From assembly GCA_963780185.1 (NCBI GenBank), contig CAWABA010000013.1, positions 1 to 26,735 on the forward strand: a DNA stretch of 26,735 nt. The letters are read 5' to 3'. The position numbers were made by a program, and so were the translations under genes. Every line of letters starts with the position of its first letter. Within the stretch, counting starts at the first letter, position 1. The DNA comes from Candidatus Bathyarchaeota archaeon (GTDB taxonomy: Archaea > Thermoproteota > Bathyarchaeia > Bathyarchaeales > Bathycorpusculaceae). The notes under the pieces are model-generated. The model was not told the DNA's origin. It ran no database searches and saw nothing but the letters and a program-made list of their open reading frames with translations. Shown piece after piece: positions 17,863 to 26,735 of this stretch.

Positions 17863-18642
17863 GTGCTCACAACGACCAAACAAAACCAGCAAACCGACCA
17901 AGAAACCATGACAAACATTCTCCGTGAACTAGTACAAGAAATCAGCAGCCTCAAAGCCGAATTAGGCAGGATCGAAAGCGTAATCCTCAAAGACCGACTA
18001 AGCGCCGTAGAAGAGGCACTCTCACAAAACCGCCTAATGCATTACGCCGACCTCCTAAATGAAGAGGCCAACGAAGACATTGACAAACTGCTAAGTGCTG
18101 ATTGCGGAAAAAGGTCAAAATGCCACGAATACTTTAAAGAACAATTGGCTGAAAACCTGCTGATAGCCAAGTCGCGTGGATCGAAGGAGGCTTTGGCTGA
18201 TCTGGACGCAAGAATAAACCAAGTAGGAAGCCAGGCGGAAAAAGCTAAAGGCACGCAATGCGAAGCCTGTCAAACCAAATTCCAGAAAAAACTAAAAAGA
18301 GAAAAAAGAGCCTTCCAAACAATTGTTCTTGTCGAAAAACCTGATAGCCGCAGTCAGGAAGTGATAGATGTTCCTTTCACTGTGGAAAATTTTCTTGAGC
18401 CGCTGGCTAATCCTGTGCGGCTTAAGATTCTTATTAGTTTGTACGAGGGAAAAAAGAACTTCTCTAAACTGTCTCAAACAATGGAGTTGAAGGGAGGTCA
18501 CCTAATTTTTCATCTCAAAAAGCTTCTTGATTCGGGTTTGATAGCCCAAGAGGATAACAAGGGCGATTACATCATAACGCCGAACGGTGTGGATGCGGTA
18601 AAAAAGATTCTTTTTTTGCAAACCACGGAAAAGCAGTTGTAG
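17863..18642 (+). CDS. ArsR-like winged-helix regulator with N-terminal coiled-coil and Cys-rich region
   Basis: C-terminal LEPLANPVRLKIL...FSKLS...GGHLIFHLKKL..GLI...Y.IT..G; N-terminal CGKRSKC and CEAC. Confidence 0.85.
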   Translation: MLTTTKQNQQTDQETMTNILRELVQEISSLKAELGRIESVILKDRLSAVEEALSQNRLMHYADLLNEEANEDIDKLLSADCGKRSKCHEYFKEQLAENLLIAKSRGSKEALADLDARINQVGSQAEKAKGTQCEACQTKFQKKLKREKRAFQTIVLVEKPDSRSQEVIDVPFTVENFLEPLANPVRLKILISLYEGKKNFSKLSQTMELKGGHLIFHLKKLLDSGLIAQEDNKGDYIITPNGVDAVKKILFLQTTEKQL

Positions 18643-18689
18643 CTTAACTTGCTTATTTAAAGCAGGTGGGATCGGCTAGCCAGTTGGGG

Positions 18690-19388
18690 TTAAATGGCTG
18701 GTTCGGGTCTGTTTATTTCTTTGATGAGGCGTGGCAGGTCGCTAAGAGAAGTGATGATGTAGTTTGCCGCGTGATTCTTAAGTTGCTCCACCGTAGCTGT
18801 GCCTGTTGAGATTCCCACGGCGATTGCTTTGAGTTCCTTGGCGCTTTGCATGTCAACAACGCTGTCCCCAACGATAACGGTTCCCCGCGCCTGAGCGTCT
18901 AAAGCTTTGAGCGCCAACTCAAACTGCTCCGTATGCGGCTTCACATATTTGACTTTGTCTCGGGAAACGACGGTTGTGAAGAAGTCTTCAATCTTGAAGC
19001 GCCCCAGAATGTATTTTGCTGCTTTTTCGCTGTTGGTGGTGCATAAACCCATCTTCAGCTTCATGGCTTTAAGCTCCTTTAGCGCTTCAACGGCTCCAGT
19101 CTGCAAGCTTGTTGTTAAGGCGGCTTCCATCTCGTATTTTTCGGCGATGGCTAAAGTTCCGCTTCGAACATCTTCAAACACTCGGGCGGAGTTCGGTTTG
19201 TCGCCGTTTTTGAAGAATATTTCAGCTTTTGTGAGCATTTCAAAGATGCTTTCGTTGACGTTTACAACTGAGGTGGGGACGCCAACTCTTATGAGGTAGC
19301 CTCGCACTTCGCCGCGTAGGGCTTTGAAGTCCAAGTTAAAGTGGGCAAGTGTCCCGTCTAAATCAAATATTACCGCTTCTACAGGCAC
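18690..19388 (-). CDS. HAD-superfamily hydrolase (phosphoglycolate phosphatase-like)
   Basis: Motif I FDLDGTL, motif II CTTN, KP, motif IV VGDSVVD. Confidence 0.92.
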   Translation of the reverse strand: MPVEAVIFDLDGTLAHFNLDFKALRGEVRGYLIRVGVPTSVVNVNESIFEMLTKAEIFFKNGDKPNSARVFEDVRSGTLAIAEKYEMEAALTTSLQTGAVEALKELKAMKLKMGLCTTNSEKAAKYILGRFKIEDFFTTVVSRDKVKYVKPHTEQFELALKALDAQARGTVIVGDSVVDMQSAKELKAIAVGISTGTATVEQLKNHAANYIITSLSDLPRLIKEINRPEPAI

Positions 19389-19526
19389 AATGTTGGCTCC
19401 TTGTCAATGCGAAACTGGGTTAACACCCGCTCAAACAGCAATATACTTTGCGGTAAAATTCTATTTACGAATTTTTGCATAATTTCAAGAAAGTTCGAGG
19501 AATCTGAATCGAAAAGAAACAAGTTT

Positions 19527-20927
19527 TCAATTGCTTTTTGTTTTGGGTAACCGTATGAAGAATCTTGTACCTTTTCCCACTTCGCTTTCAAACGTGACAG
19601 TGCCGCCCAACGCGTTAGTCATACGTTTGACAACGGCTAACCCGAATCCCTGACCTTTAGCCTTCGTTGTAAAAAGGGGCGTGAATAATTTTGCGCTCAC
19701 ATCCTTGGGAATCCCGCAGCCTGTATCGTTAACGGACAATACAGTGTCGCCTTTGTTTAGGTAGGCTTCTAAGCTGAGTTTCCCGCCTTGAGGCATAGCT
19801 TGAACGGCGTTAGTTACCAAGTTAACTATAACCCGTTTTAGTATGAGAGGATCAGAAAGCAATTGCCTGGCGTCGGGTTCAACTTGACATGAAACTGAAA
19901 CGTTTTGTGGAATTTTGGTTTTTAAAAGCAGTTCTTCGCAGACATTCTGCAGGTCTATTTCTTTTACGCTCGGCTTAATAGGTTTGGCGTAGTCTTGAAG
20001 ATCTTGAACTATCTTGTTCACGTACTCGGTCTGGCGCTCTATGGTGTCCAGGCTTTCCTTGAGGTTTCTCTTGGATTCGCCATCTGGCAGACCTTCTAAT
20101 GCACCCTGAGCCAAAAAAACTTCGCCGGCAATTGTCTGCAAAGGGTTACGGATATCATGTCCAACCATGCCTGCAGTGGCGCCGATGGCAACTAACCGTT
20201 CAGAGTTTTTGCGTTCAGTTACGTCAACGTTCGACTCGAAAATCTCGACTATCTTGCCATCCTTGTCAAATTTCGCTAGCCAATAACTTTGAATCGACAG
20301 CTCATGCCCAGATTTTGTTTCATGGCAAAGCTCGCCTGACCATTTTCCCTCTTTCCTAAGCTGTTCTTCTATGGTTTCAAGGGGCGAAACGAATTTTGTT
20401 TTGAAAAGCGCCCGACCTTTTTTCCCAATAGCTTCATCTTTTGTATAGCCGTACATTTTTTCTGCGCCTAAACTCCAAAAAGTGATGGTGTCCTCAAGGT
20501 TCTTTACTATGATGGCATCCGGGCTGAGGTCTATTAGGGCGGCTTGCCTCTGGACGGCTTCATCTAGTTTTTTGCGTTCAACCGCGTAGGTTAAGGCGCG
20601 TGCTAGAAGGGGTCCGTCTAGTTTTCCTTTGCTTAGGTAGTCTTGTGCGCCTCTGCGGACTGCTTCAACGCCTTGCGCGTCATCTTTGAACCCGGTTAAA
20701 ATCACAATGGGCACCTGCGGGGCGGCTGAATGTATGTTCTCAAATGTGCTGAGTCCTTGGCTGTCAGGCAAACCGAGGTCCAGTAAAACAGCGTCTACGG
20801 AGCCTTCGGCTAAGCGGTTTTGTCCTTTTGAAAGTCTATCAACATGCTCGATGTTTTCCACTGAGAACTTTTCTTCCTTTAACATTTCGACAATTAGGCG
20901 GGCATCGCCGGGGTTATCTTCAATCAA
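19527..20927 (-). CDS. Hybrid sensor kinase REC-PAS-HisKA-HATPase
   Basis: REC (IEDN, LLDLGLPDSQG, ILTG), PAS (SPDAII...WSLGAEKMYGY), H-box HDIRNPL, N-box NLVTNAVQA, G-boxes DTGCGI and GQGFGL; start uncertain. Confidence 0.92.
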   Translation of the reverse strand: MIEDNPGDARLIVEMLKEEKFSVENIEHVDRLSKGQNRLAEGSVDAVLLDLGLPDSQGLSTFENIHSAAPQVPIVILTGFKDDAQGVEAVRRGAQDYLSKGKLDGPLLARALTYAVERKKLDEAVQRQAALIDLSPDAIIVKNLEDTITFWSLGAEKMYGYTKDEAIGKKGRALFKTKFVSPLETIEEQLRKEGKWSGELCHETKSGHELSIQSYWLAKFDKDGKIVEIFESNVDVTERKNSERLVAIGATAGMVGHDIRNPLQTIAGEVFLAQGALEGLPDGESKRNLKESLDTIERQTEYVNKIVQDLQDYAKPIKPSVKEIDLQNVCEELLLKTKIPQNVSVSCQVEPDARQLLSDPLILKRVIVNLVTNAVQAMPQGGKLSLEAYLNKGDTVLSVNDTGCGIPKDVSAKLFTPLFTTKAKGQGFGLAVVKRMTNALGGTVTFESEVGKGTRFFIRLPKTKSN

Positions 20928-20944
20928 AAGAATTTTTGTCGATT

Positions 20945-21385
20945 TTATTCCTTCGGTGGCAGTTTAACTATTGTGAACCAAAATTCGTTCAGTACATGTA
21001 TGATTTCTGCGAAGCGGTTAAGGTCAACTGGTTTTGTGATGTAGGCGTTGGCATGCAAGTTGTATGTTTTAACTATGTCCTCGTCAGCCTTGGAGGTTGT
21101 CAGGACCACAACTGGGATGTGTTTTAAGATTGGGTCTTCTTTTATTTCAGCCAGAACTTCGCGCCCATCTTTTTTCGGCAGGTTAAGGTCAAGTAGTATT
21201 AAATCAGGCAAAGGCACCTTCGAAAATCGACCTTTTCTACGCAAGAATTCGATAGCCTCAACGCCGTCTTTAGCAACGTAGATTTCGTTTAGTACTTTTG
21301 CGTCTCTTAAAGCTTCTTTGGTTAAACGAACGTCTCCAGGATTATCCTCAACGAGCAATATATCAACTGGTCTAACTTCATTCAT
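20945..21385 (-). CDS. Stand-alone response regulator (Rcp1-like receiver)
   Basis: ILLVEDNPGD, PDLILLDLNLPKKDG, VVLTTS, ANAYITKP, FWFTIVKLP. Confidence 0.95.
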   Translation of the reverse strand: MNEVRPVDILLVEDNPGDVRLTKEALRDAKVLNEIYVAKDGVEAIEFLRRKGRFSKVPLPDLILLDLNLPKKDGREVLAEIKEDPILKHIPVVVLTTSKADEDIVKTYNLHANAYITKPVDLNRFAEIIHVLNEFWFTIVKLPPKE

Positions 21386-21392
21386 GTTTTCA

Positions 21393-22877
21393 CTACGCTT
21401 TCCTTTTACTTAGTGTAAAGTAAATAGTTGAACCTTTCCCTATTTGCGATTCAATCCAGATGCGTCCCCCATGACGCTCCACGATTTTTTTGCATACTGC
21501 AAGGCCTATTCCTGACCCTGGATATTCTTCTCTTGTGTGGAGGCGCTGGAAAATCTTGAAGAGGCGTTCGAAGTACTGGGGGTCTATGCCGATGCCGTTG
21601 TCGCGCACGGCGAACTCCCACTCAGAACCCTTATCCACAGCTGAAACATGCACGTGAGGCGGTTCTTCGCCGTGGAATTTGATGGCGTTGCCAATCAAGT
21701 TCTGAAATAGTTGAACAAGCTGTGACCCATCTGCCTTGATAACCGGGAGCGTGTCATGTGTCACGGTGGCTTTGTTGTCCGCGATTGACGCTTGGAGATT
21801 TTTAAGAACGATGTCCAAGGTAGATTCGAGGTTTGTGGGTTCAAACGGTTTGCCGAGTCTTCCAACCCGCGAATACGTCAAGAGGTCATCGATTAACCCG
21901 CGCATCCGATTTGCGCCGTCCACTGCATACGCGATGAATTCGTCGGCTTCAGGGTCAAGTTTTCCTTGGTACCTGCGTTGAAGAAGCTGGACGTAGCTTG
22001 CAACCATCCGCAGCGGCTCCTGCAAGTCATGCGACGCAACGTAGGCAAACTGCTCCAGCTCAGCGTTGGACTGCTTAAGTTTCTCAAGGGTTTCTCTAAG
22101 CTTGTTCTCCATGGCTTTCCGCTGGGTAATGTCTCTTGCAGCAGCGAAGACCCCTTGAATTTGTCCCTGAGCATTCCTGAAAACCGATGCGTTGTATATG
22201 ACGTCGGTTATTTCTCCAGAATTATGCCTGATTGCGAGGGGGTAATCCTTGACGAAGCCGTCGGTGAAAACCCGTTTGTAGCCTGCTCTGGCTTCTTGGG
22301 GCTCGGTGAAGTATTCTGAGAAGTCGCTTCCGATTAATTGTTCACGTGAATAGCCCGTTGCGTCTTCGGTTGCTTTGTTAACGTCGGTGATTTTTCCGTC
22401 GGGGCTAATTGTCACCAAGGGGTCAAGGCTTGCTTCAAGAAAGCTGCGTGAATACAGTGATGCAGTTCTAAGTTTTTCTTCAGCTTTTTTGCGTTCAGTG
22501 ACGTCTCTTGCCGCGGCGAATATGCCTTGAACTTCCCCTTTCTCGTTTTTGAAGATGGTAGCGTTGTAGAGAACATCGGTTATTCTTCCTGAGACATGCC
22601 TTATGGCTAATGGGTAGTCCTGTACAAAGCCGTCTGTGAAGACCTGCCGGTAGCCTTTTCTAGCCTGCTCCGGCTCGGTGAAATAGTCCGAGAAGTCGCT
22701 TCCGATCAATTGGTCACGACCCAAACCCGTCACAGTTTCAGTGGCTTGATTTACGTCAGTGATTTTTCCTTCTGCACTGATAGTCACCAGCGGGTCTAAA
22801 CTGGCTTCGATAAGCGTCCTCCATAGAGTGAAGCTGCACTGGAGCTTTTCCTCCGCCTTGTTTCTGTACTGTGACAT
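21393..22877 (-). CDS. C-terminal fragment: two PAS domains plus Cph1-like histidine kinase core
   Basis: FAYVASHDLQEPLR H-box, QLFQNLIGNAIKF, DNGIGI, FQRLH, GSGIGLA. Confidence 0.85.
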   Translation of the reverse strand: MSQYRNKAEEKLQCSFTLWRTLIEASLDPLVTISAEGKITDVNQATETVTGLGRDQLIGSDFSDYFTEPEQARKGYRQVFTDGFVQDYPLAIRHVSGRITDVLYNATIFKNEKGEVQGIFAAARDVTERKKAEEKLRTASLYSRSFLEASLDPLVTISPDGKITDVNKATEDATGYSREQLIGSDFSEYFTEPQEARAGYKRVFTDGFVKDYPLAIRHNSGEITDVIYNASVFRNAQGQIQGVFAAARDITQRKAMENKLRETLEKLKQSNAELEQFAYVASHDLQEPLRMVASYVQLLQRRYQGKLDPEADEFIAYAVDGANRMRGLIDDLLTYSRVGRLGKPFEPTNLESTLDIVLKNLQASIADNKATVTHDTLPVIKADGSQLVQLFQNLIGNAIKFHGEEPPHVHVSAVDKGSEWEFAVRDNGIGIDPQYFERLFKIFQRLHTREEYPGSGIGLAVCKKIVERHGGRIWIESQIGKGSTIYFTLSKRKA

Positions 22878-24335
22878 CTCTGGCAGCGGCGAAAACGCCT
22901 TCTATCTCTGCGGCTTCATTTCTGTATACTGTGGCGTTGTAAAGCACATCTGTAATGTTGCCGTTTCGATTGCGGATAGCTAATGGGTAATCCCGCACCA
23001 AGCCATCTGTGAAAACCTGTTGGTATCCTGCCCGCGCTTTTTCTGGCTCCACGAAATAAGTACTGAGAAATCACTGCCAATCAATTACCCTCGCGGATAA
23101 CCAGTCACTTCTTCCGTTGCTTTGTTGACTTCTGTAATCTTTCCCTCGGCATTAATTGTGATAAGTGGGTCGAGGTTAGCCTCAGTTAGACTGCGTGAAG
23201 ACAACGGAAGTCTCCGTAGTTCGCTCTTCAGCTTTCTTGCGTTCAGTAATATCTCTTGCGGCGGCGAAGATCCTTGAATTTCCCCTCGTTCGTTCTGATA
23301 AACTGTAGCATTGTAAAGTACATCAGTTATTTTACCGGATTTGTGCCTAATTGCTAACGGGTAATCCTTGACGAAGCCTTTATTGAAGACTTGCCGGTAG
23401 CCCTTGCGTGCTTTTTCTGGTTCGGTAAAGTAGTTTGAGAAGTCACTGCCAATCAATTCTTGTCTTGTGCACCCAGTTGCTCCCTCAGTGGCTTTGTTAA
23501 CGTCAGTGATTTTGCCTTCAGCGCTAATCGTTACCAGTGGATCAAGGCTTGCTTCAATCAGGATTCTAGAATACTCAGAGACCTGCTTTAGTTGTTCCTC
23601 TGCTTGCTTTTTCTCTGAGATGTATTGCTGATGAGAAGATAACCAACAGGGCGACCATTAGAGTCATTTCGTCGTGTCACGACGATGCTGGCCATAAAAC
23701 GGCTACCATCTTTCCTAACACATTGGATTTTTGTCTTCAGCTACGCCTTTCTCATACGAACCTTCAGCATTTGATCGACACGCACGGATTTTATGTCATC
23801 AGGAGTGTGAAGTATGCTTGAATCCTTACCGATAATCTCCTCTGCTGTATAACCGTAATTTCTCTTAGCGCCTTCGTTCCAGGAGAGAATTTTACGATTA
23901 AGATCTTTGCCGATAATGGAATATTTGGTCGAGCTTTGCAAGATGTTATCCAAAAGATTCTTTGTCTCGGTGAAATCATACATAACTCGTTTTGATTCAG
24001 TGACGTCTCGAGCAGCGGCAAATACACCCAATACGTTTCCTCCTGCGTCCCTGTAAACGCTGGCGTTGTAAAGAACATCAGTCAATTTTCCGTCCTTATG
24101 CCGGATAGTCAGAGGATAATCCGTAACGGAGCCCTCGGCGAATGCCTGCTGGTAGCCTTTACGGGCTTTATCCTGCTCTGTGAAGTAGTTGGAGAAGTCA
24201 GTACCGATAAGTTGCTCACGCGAAACACCTGTAACCTTAACAGTAGCCTCGTTAACGTCCAGTAATCTTTCCGTCAGGGCTGATAGTAACCAATGGGTCT
24301 AAGCTTGCTTCAATTAGGCTTCTGGTATAGTTTGA
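22130..24335 (-). repeat. Five near-identical ~124-aa PAS modules (four tandem, ~372-375 bp period, plus one upstream); boundaries approximate
   Basis: Repeated [11 protein letters not shown].(D/E)GKITDVN.ATE..TG..R.QLIG.DFS.YFTE...AR.GY..VF..G.V.DYPL.IRH..G.ITDV.YNA; DNA anchor AAGTCGCTTCCGAT at 22321 and ~22693. Confidence 0.85.
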
Positions 24336-24854
24336 AACGATGCTTAAAGCCTCGCTTTTTCTGGCTGCTTCTTCAGCTTTCTTGCGTTCAGTGATATCTG
24401 CCCCGTAAATGTTGACGTACCCTTCAGAAAGAATCGGCGCCAGCTTAAACTCAAACCAACGCCCCCCAGCATTTTCCTCAAAATCTAACCGGCGGTTAGA
24501 CATCAAAGCTTCGGAAACATAGTTAAGCCATAGCGGGCGGACAATTTGACCAACCTGTATGCTGATTGGTTTTGGAAGCCGCAAACTTTCCGCATTAGCA
24601 TACATAACCGTGCCATCGCTATTGATTCGAAGCACGGCAAAAGGATTCTCTGACGGAAACTTTGCAAGATTAAATAGATCTTTTTCCGCCTTTTTGCGTT
24701 CAGTTATGTCACGAAATACTAGCACTACACCTGAAATCTTTCCGTCTTTATGTTTTATGGGTGCGCCGCTGTCGTCAATCGGAACCTCGTTTCCATCTTT
24801 TGTTATCAGCACTGTATGATTAGCTAATCCTACTGTCTTGCCTTCCTTAATCAC
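24252..24854 (-). CDS. PAS-domain fragment of the large sensor kinase
   Basis: PAC motif IDDSGAPI...[13 protein letters not shown], then [13 protein letters not shown]. Confidence 0.6.
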   Translation of the reverse strand: MIKEGKTVGLANHTVLITKDGNEVPIDDSGAPIKHKDGKISGVVLVFRDITERKKAEKDLFNLAKFPSENPFAVLRINSDGTVMYANAESLRLPKPISIQVGQIVRPLWLNYVSEALMSNRRLDFEENAGGRWFEFKLAPILSEGYVNIYGADITERKKAEEAARKSEALSIVSNYTRSLIEASLDPLVTISPDGKITGR

Positions 24855-25698
24855 GCGCGTTACCGGGTTCGCAACTTCTCTCGGGTCTTTTGTTAATTAT
24901 GTGAAAGACTTTTTCCAAAGGTTTCTTTGATGCCTCATTCAGGGTCCACCCCGTCAACTTTTCTGCCACATTGTTCATGAAAGTTATTTCGCCCTTTGAA
25001 TCAGTCGCTATAACGGCATCCCCGATACTGCCCAGAGTCGTTTGCCAGCTTTGCTCTCTTTCTATTGATGCATCTTGCTCTTTCTTACGTTCCACTGCAT
25101 TTTCGACTAAAACCCATTTTTCGCCTTGTTTAAGCAAAGTGCCAACATGATTTCTAACTACGTCAACAACGTCAGTTCCACTTGTTTTCTTGAGGCAATA
25201 AGTGCATAACGCCAGCATCTTATGTTGACCTATAACCGCGTTGACGGCTTCTTCGTAATCTACAAAACTTTTCCAAAGGTTGCGTTCAATCCAAAAAGTG
25301 TTTCCTGTAAGTCGAAGTCCTTCAAAACCATGCTTTATTGCGTCGGTTTCTTTTTTCACCCAGCCTTGCAGCACCCGGTCCGAATCAAATTTGCCTCCTA
25401 AAAGGTACCAATCCTTGTATGAAACAATCTCTATCTGACCTTTCTTCAAATACGTATCCAAGTGGGGAACGGCTTTTCTTAACGCTTCTTTAGCTTCTTT
25501 AGCTTCCAGAGGCGGGGAAGTAACCCACATGCAGAACTCGTTGCTGCGTAAGCCTTCCGCAAAGTAAGGAACCAAAATATCGATTAGATCTTGTTTTGAC
25601 TCGTAAAACTGGCAAAGATGCGTTCCCCACGTAACAGAACCAACGAGTTCAATGCCGAATTTTCGAAGAGAAGCAACATTAGAAGATTCCATTAACAT
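24847..25698 (-). CDS. MEDS-domain plus PAS N-terminal fragment of the large sensor kinase
   Basis: [39 protein letters not shown] are typical of MEDS; followed by [15 protein letters not shown]; likely start 25698 or 25692. Confidence 0.85.
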   Translation of the reverse strand: MLMESSNVASLRKFGIELVGSVTWGTHLCQFYESKQDLIDILVPYFAEGLRSNEFCMWVTSPPLEAKEAKEALRKAVPHLDTYLKKGQIEIVSYKDWYLLGGKFDSDRVLQGWVKKETDAIKHGFEGLRLTGNTFWIERNLWKSFVDYEEAVNAVIGQHKMLALCTYCLKKTSGTDVVDVVRNHVGTLLKQGEKWVLVENAVERKKEQDASIEREQSWQTTLGSIGDAVIATDSKGEITFMNNVAEKLTGWTLNEASKKPLEKVFHIINKRPERSCEPGNARD

Positions 25699-25814
25699 CC
25701 CCTGATGATAAATTGTATACCTTGTCGTTTCTTTCCTAAAAAGCATTTCTGAATTCGACGAAAAGACTAAAGGTGATTTGACGATTTGCCAGATTGCTTT
25801 TCCAATTACCTTGC

Positions 25815-26612
25815 TCAACTAATAGCAAAATCTAACCCAAACTTCAAAAACATCTGTAACCCTATAAAGAAGCAATACTGATAAAACCCAACTCAAAGTT
25901 CTGCTGTTCCAATTTGGCAAAGATAAGCGCCGAGTAACCCTCCAAACATCGAGCCAGATCCTATAAGCAATGCGTATTCGAGATTGATGTTTCCTAAACT
26001 GAAATGTTGCACCTGCCCGCTAACGAAATAAAAACCATCGTGAAAACCGAAGTTGCCGCTACTGCCTTAAACGGCATGCGCAAAACCAAAAGCATAATCG
26101 GCACCAATAGAACCCCTGGAATGCCAAGCAACCCACCAATTAAGCCGGCAAAAAAGCAGAGAAAAATCCCTAGCGACAGGTTTCTTTTTTGAGAAAGCAA
26201 TTCTTTTTCAGGAAAACCAGAATCACATTCTGAACTTTGACAATTATTTTCGGTCCCTTTTCTGTAGATCATTTGCGATGCCACAAAAACCAGAAAAACA
26301 CCGATAAGCAAACCTATTATCTGTCCTGACACTTCTGTCGTCAAGTAGCTTCCAAATATTGCACCTGGCACTGCGGCAACTGTTATCATTAAACCCATCT
26401 TATAGTAAGTTTGCTTTTGTTTTGAATCGTACGCTGAGGCAACAACTGTCGTCGCAAAAATTGTTGTTAAGCTGGTTCCGACTGCACTTGCTGGGGAAAA
26501 AGCGAAGACCAAAGTCAACAAAGGTACCCATTCGAAATCCTCCTCCAAGGCCAACCATAACCGAAACCAGCCCGATGAAGAATCCGATAATAGGCAAAAA
26601 TGCTTCCCACAC
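25815..26612 (-). pseudogene. TauE/SafE-family (sulfite exporter-like) permease, frameshifted
   Basis: GTG at 26612 gives MWEAFLPIIGFFIGLVSVMVGLGGG; continues in ORF 25994..26554 (AVGTSL, GLLGIPG, AVAATS) and then ...QHFSLGNINLEYALLIGSGSMFGGLLGAY; at least three indels. Confidence 0.75.
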
Positions 26613-26735
26613 AGGCGCTCCTCTCCCGTATAAGGTGCAGTTTATATTATAAAATGTTGAGATTTTAGCAAGCAACATAATGCTTACTTGTGTGACTTTT
26701 AGGAGCCTCTGGACGCGTCGATTTGGCTTATCCAC

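Larger units (their letters stand above)
21393..25698 (-). pseudogene. Large MEDS-multi-PAS-HisKA-HATPase sensor kinase (~1400 aa) interrupted by many single-base indels (pseudogene or sequencing error)
   Basis: Consecutive minus-strand fragments join into MEDS, PAS, PAS, PAS-repeat, PAS, 4x PAS-repeat and a Cph1-like kinase core; the breaks I traced are frameshifts. Confidence 0.75.

Noticed and set aside
17781-17990. N-terminal extension of the flavodoxin ORF
   Set aside because: It overlaps the divergent regulator; a strong RBS and the domain start place the true ATG at 17780.
236-22319. Numerous antisense or alternate-frame ORFs inside cas, ribosomal, helicase and kinase genes
   Set aside because: Shadow ORFs of well-supported genes, with no independent motifs.
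25699-25818. N-terminal extension of the MEDS ORF to 25818
   Set aside because: It covers an AT-rich probable promoter region; MEDS homology begins at about [13 protein letters not shown].

Overview
Archaeal chromosomal window. The secE-spt5-rpl11-rpl1-rpl10 block, the tail-less P0 and the signalling genes suggest a TACK lineage, most likely Bathyarchaeia (inference). Left to right: (1) a type I-A CRISPR adaptation operon on the minus strand (csa1/cas4a-cas1-cas2-cas4, with cas4 running off the left edge), a shared divergent leader and a 22-repeat/21-spacer CRISPR array (3046-4705); (2) the housekeeping secE-spt5(nusG)-rpl11-rpl1-rpl10 cluster with no rpl12 after it; (3) an accessory/defence-like stretch: a DUF1638-like gene, a decayed antitoxin remnant, an AT-richer three-gene cassette (PIN nuclease + wHTH/UPF0175-like antitoxin + divergent TGT-like TIM-barrel protein lacking canonical catalytic motifs) and a 1899-aa DUF4011/SF1 helicase/Vsr-like protein (Hhe-like); (4) a flavodoxin, a Cys-rich wHTH regulator and a HAD hydrolase; (5) a signalling cluster (MEDS-multi-PAS histidine kinase broken by many indels, Rcp1-like receiver, hybrid REC-PAS kinase) and a frameshifted TauE/SafE permease. 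The best candidates for something new are the PIN/antitoxin/TGT-like cassette and the A-B-A'-B' variant spacer pairs in the array. Family assignments come from motif recognition by eye, not database searches.
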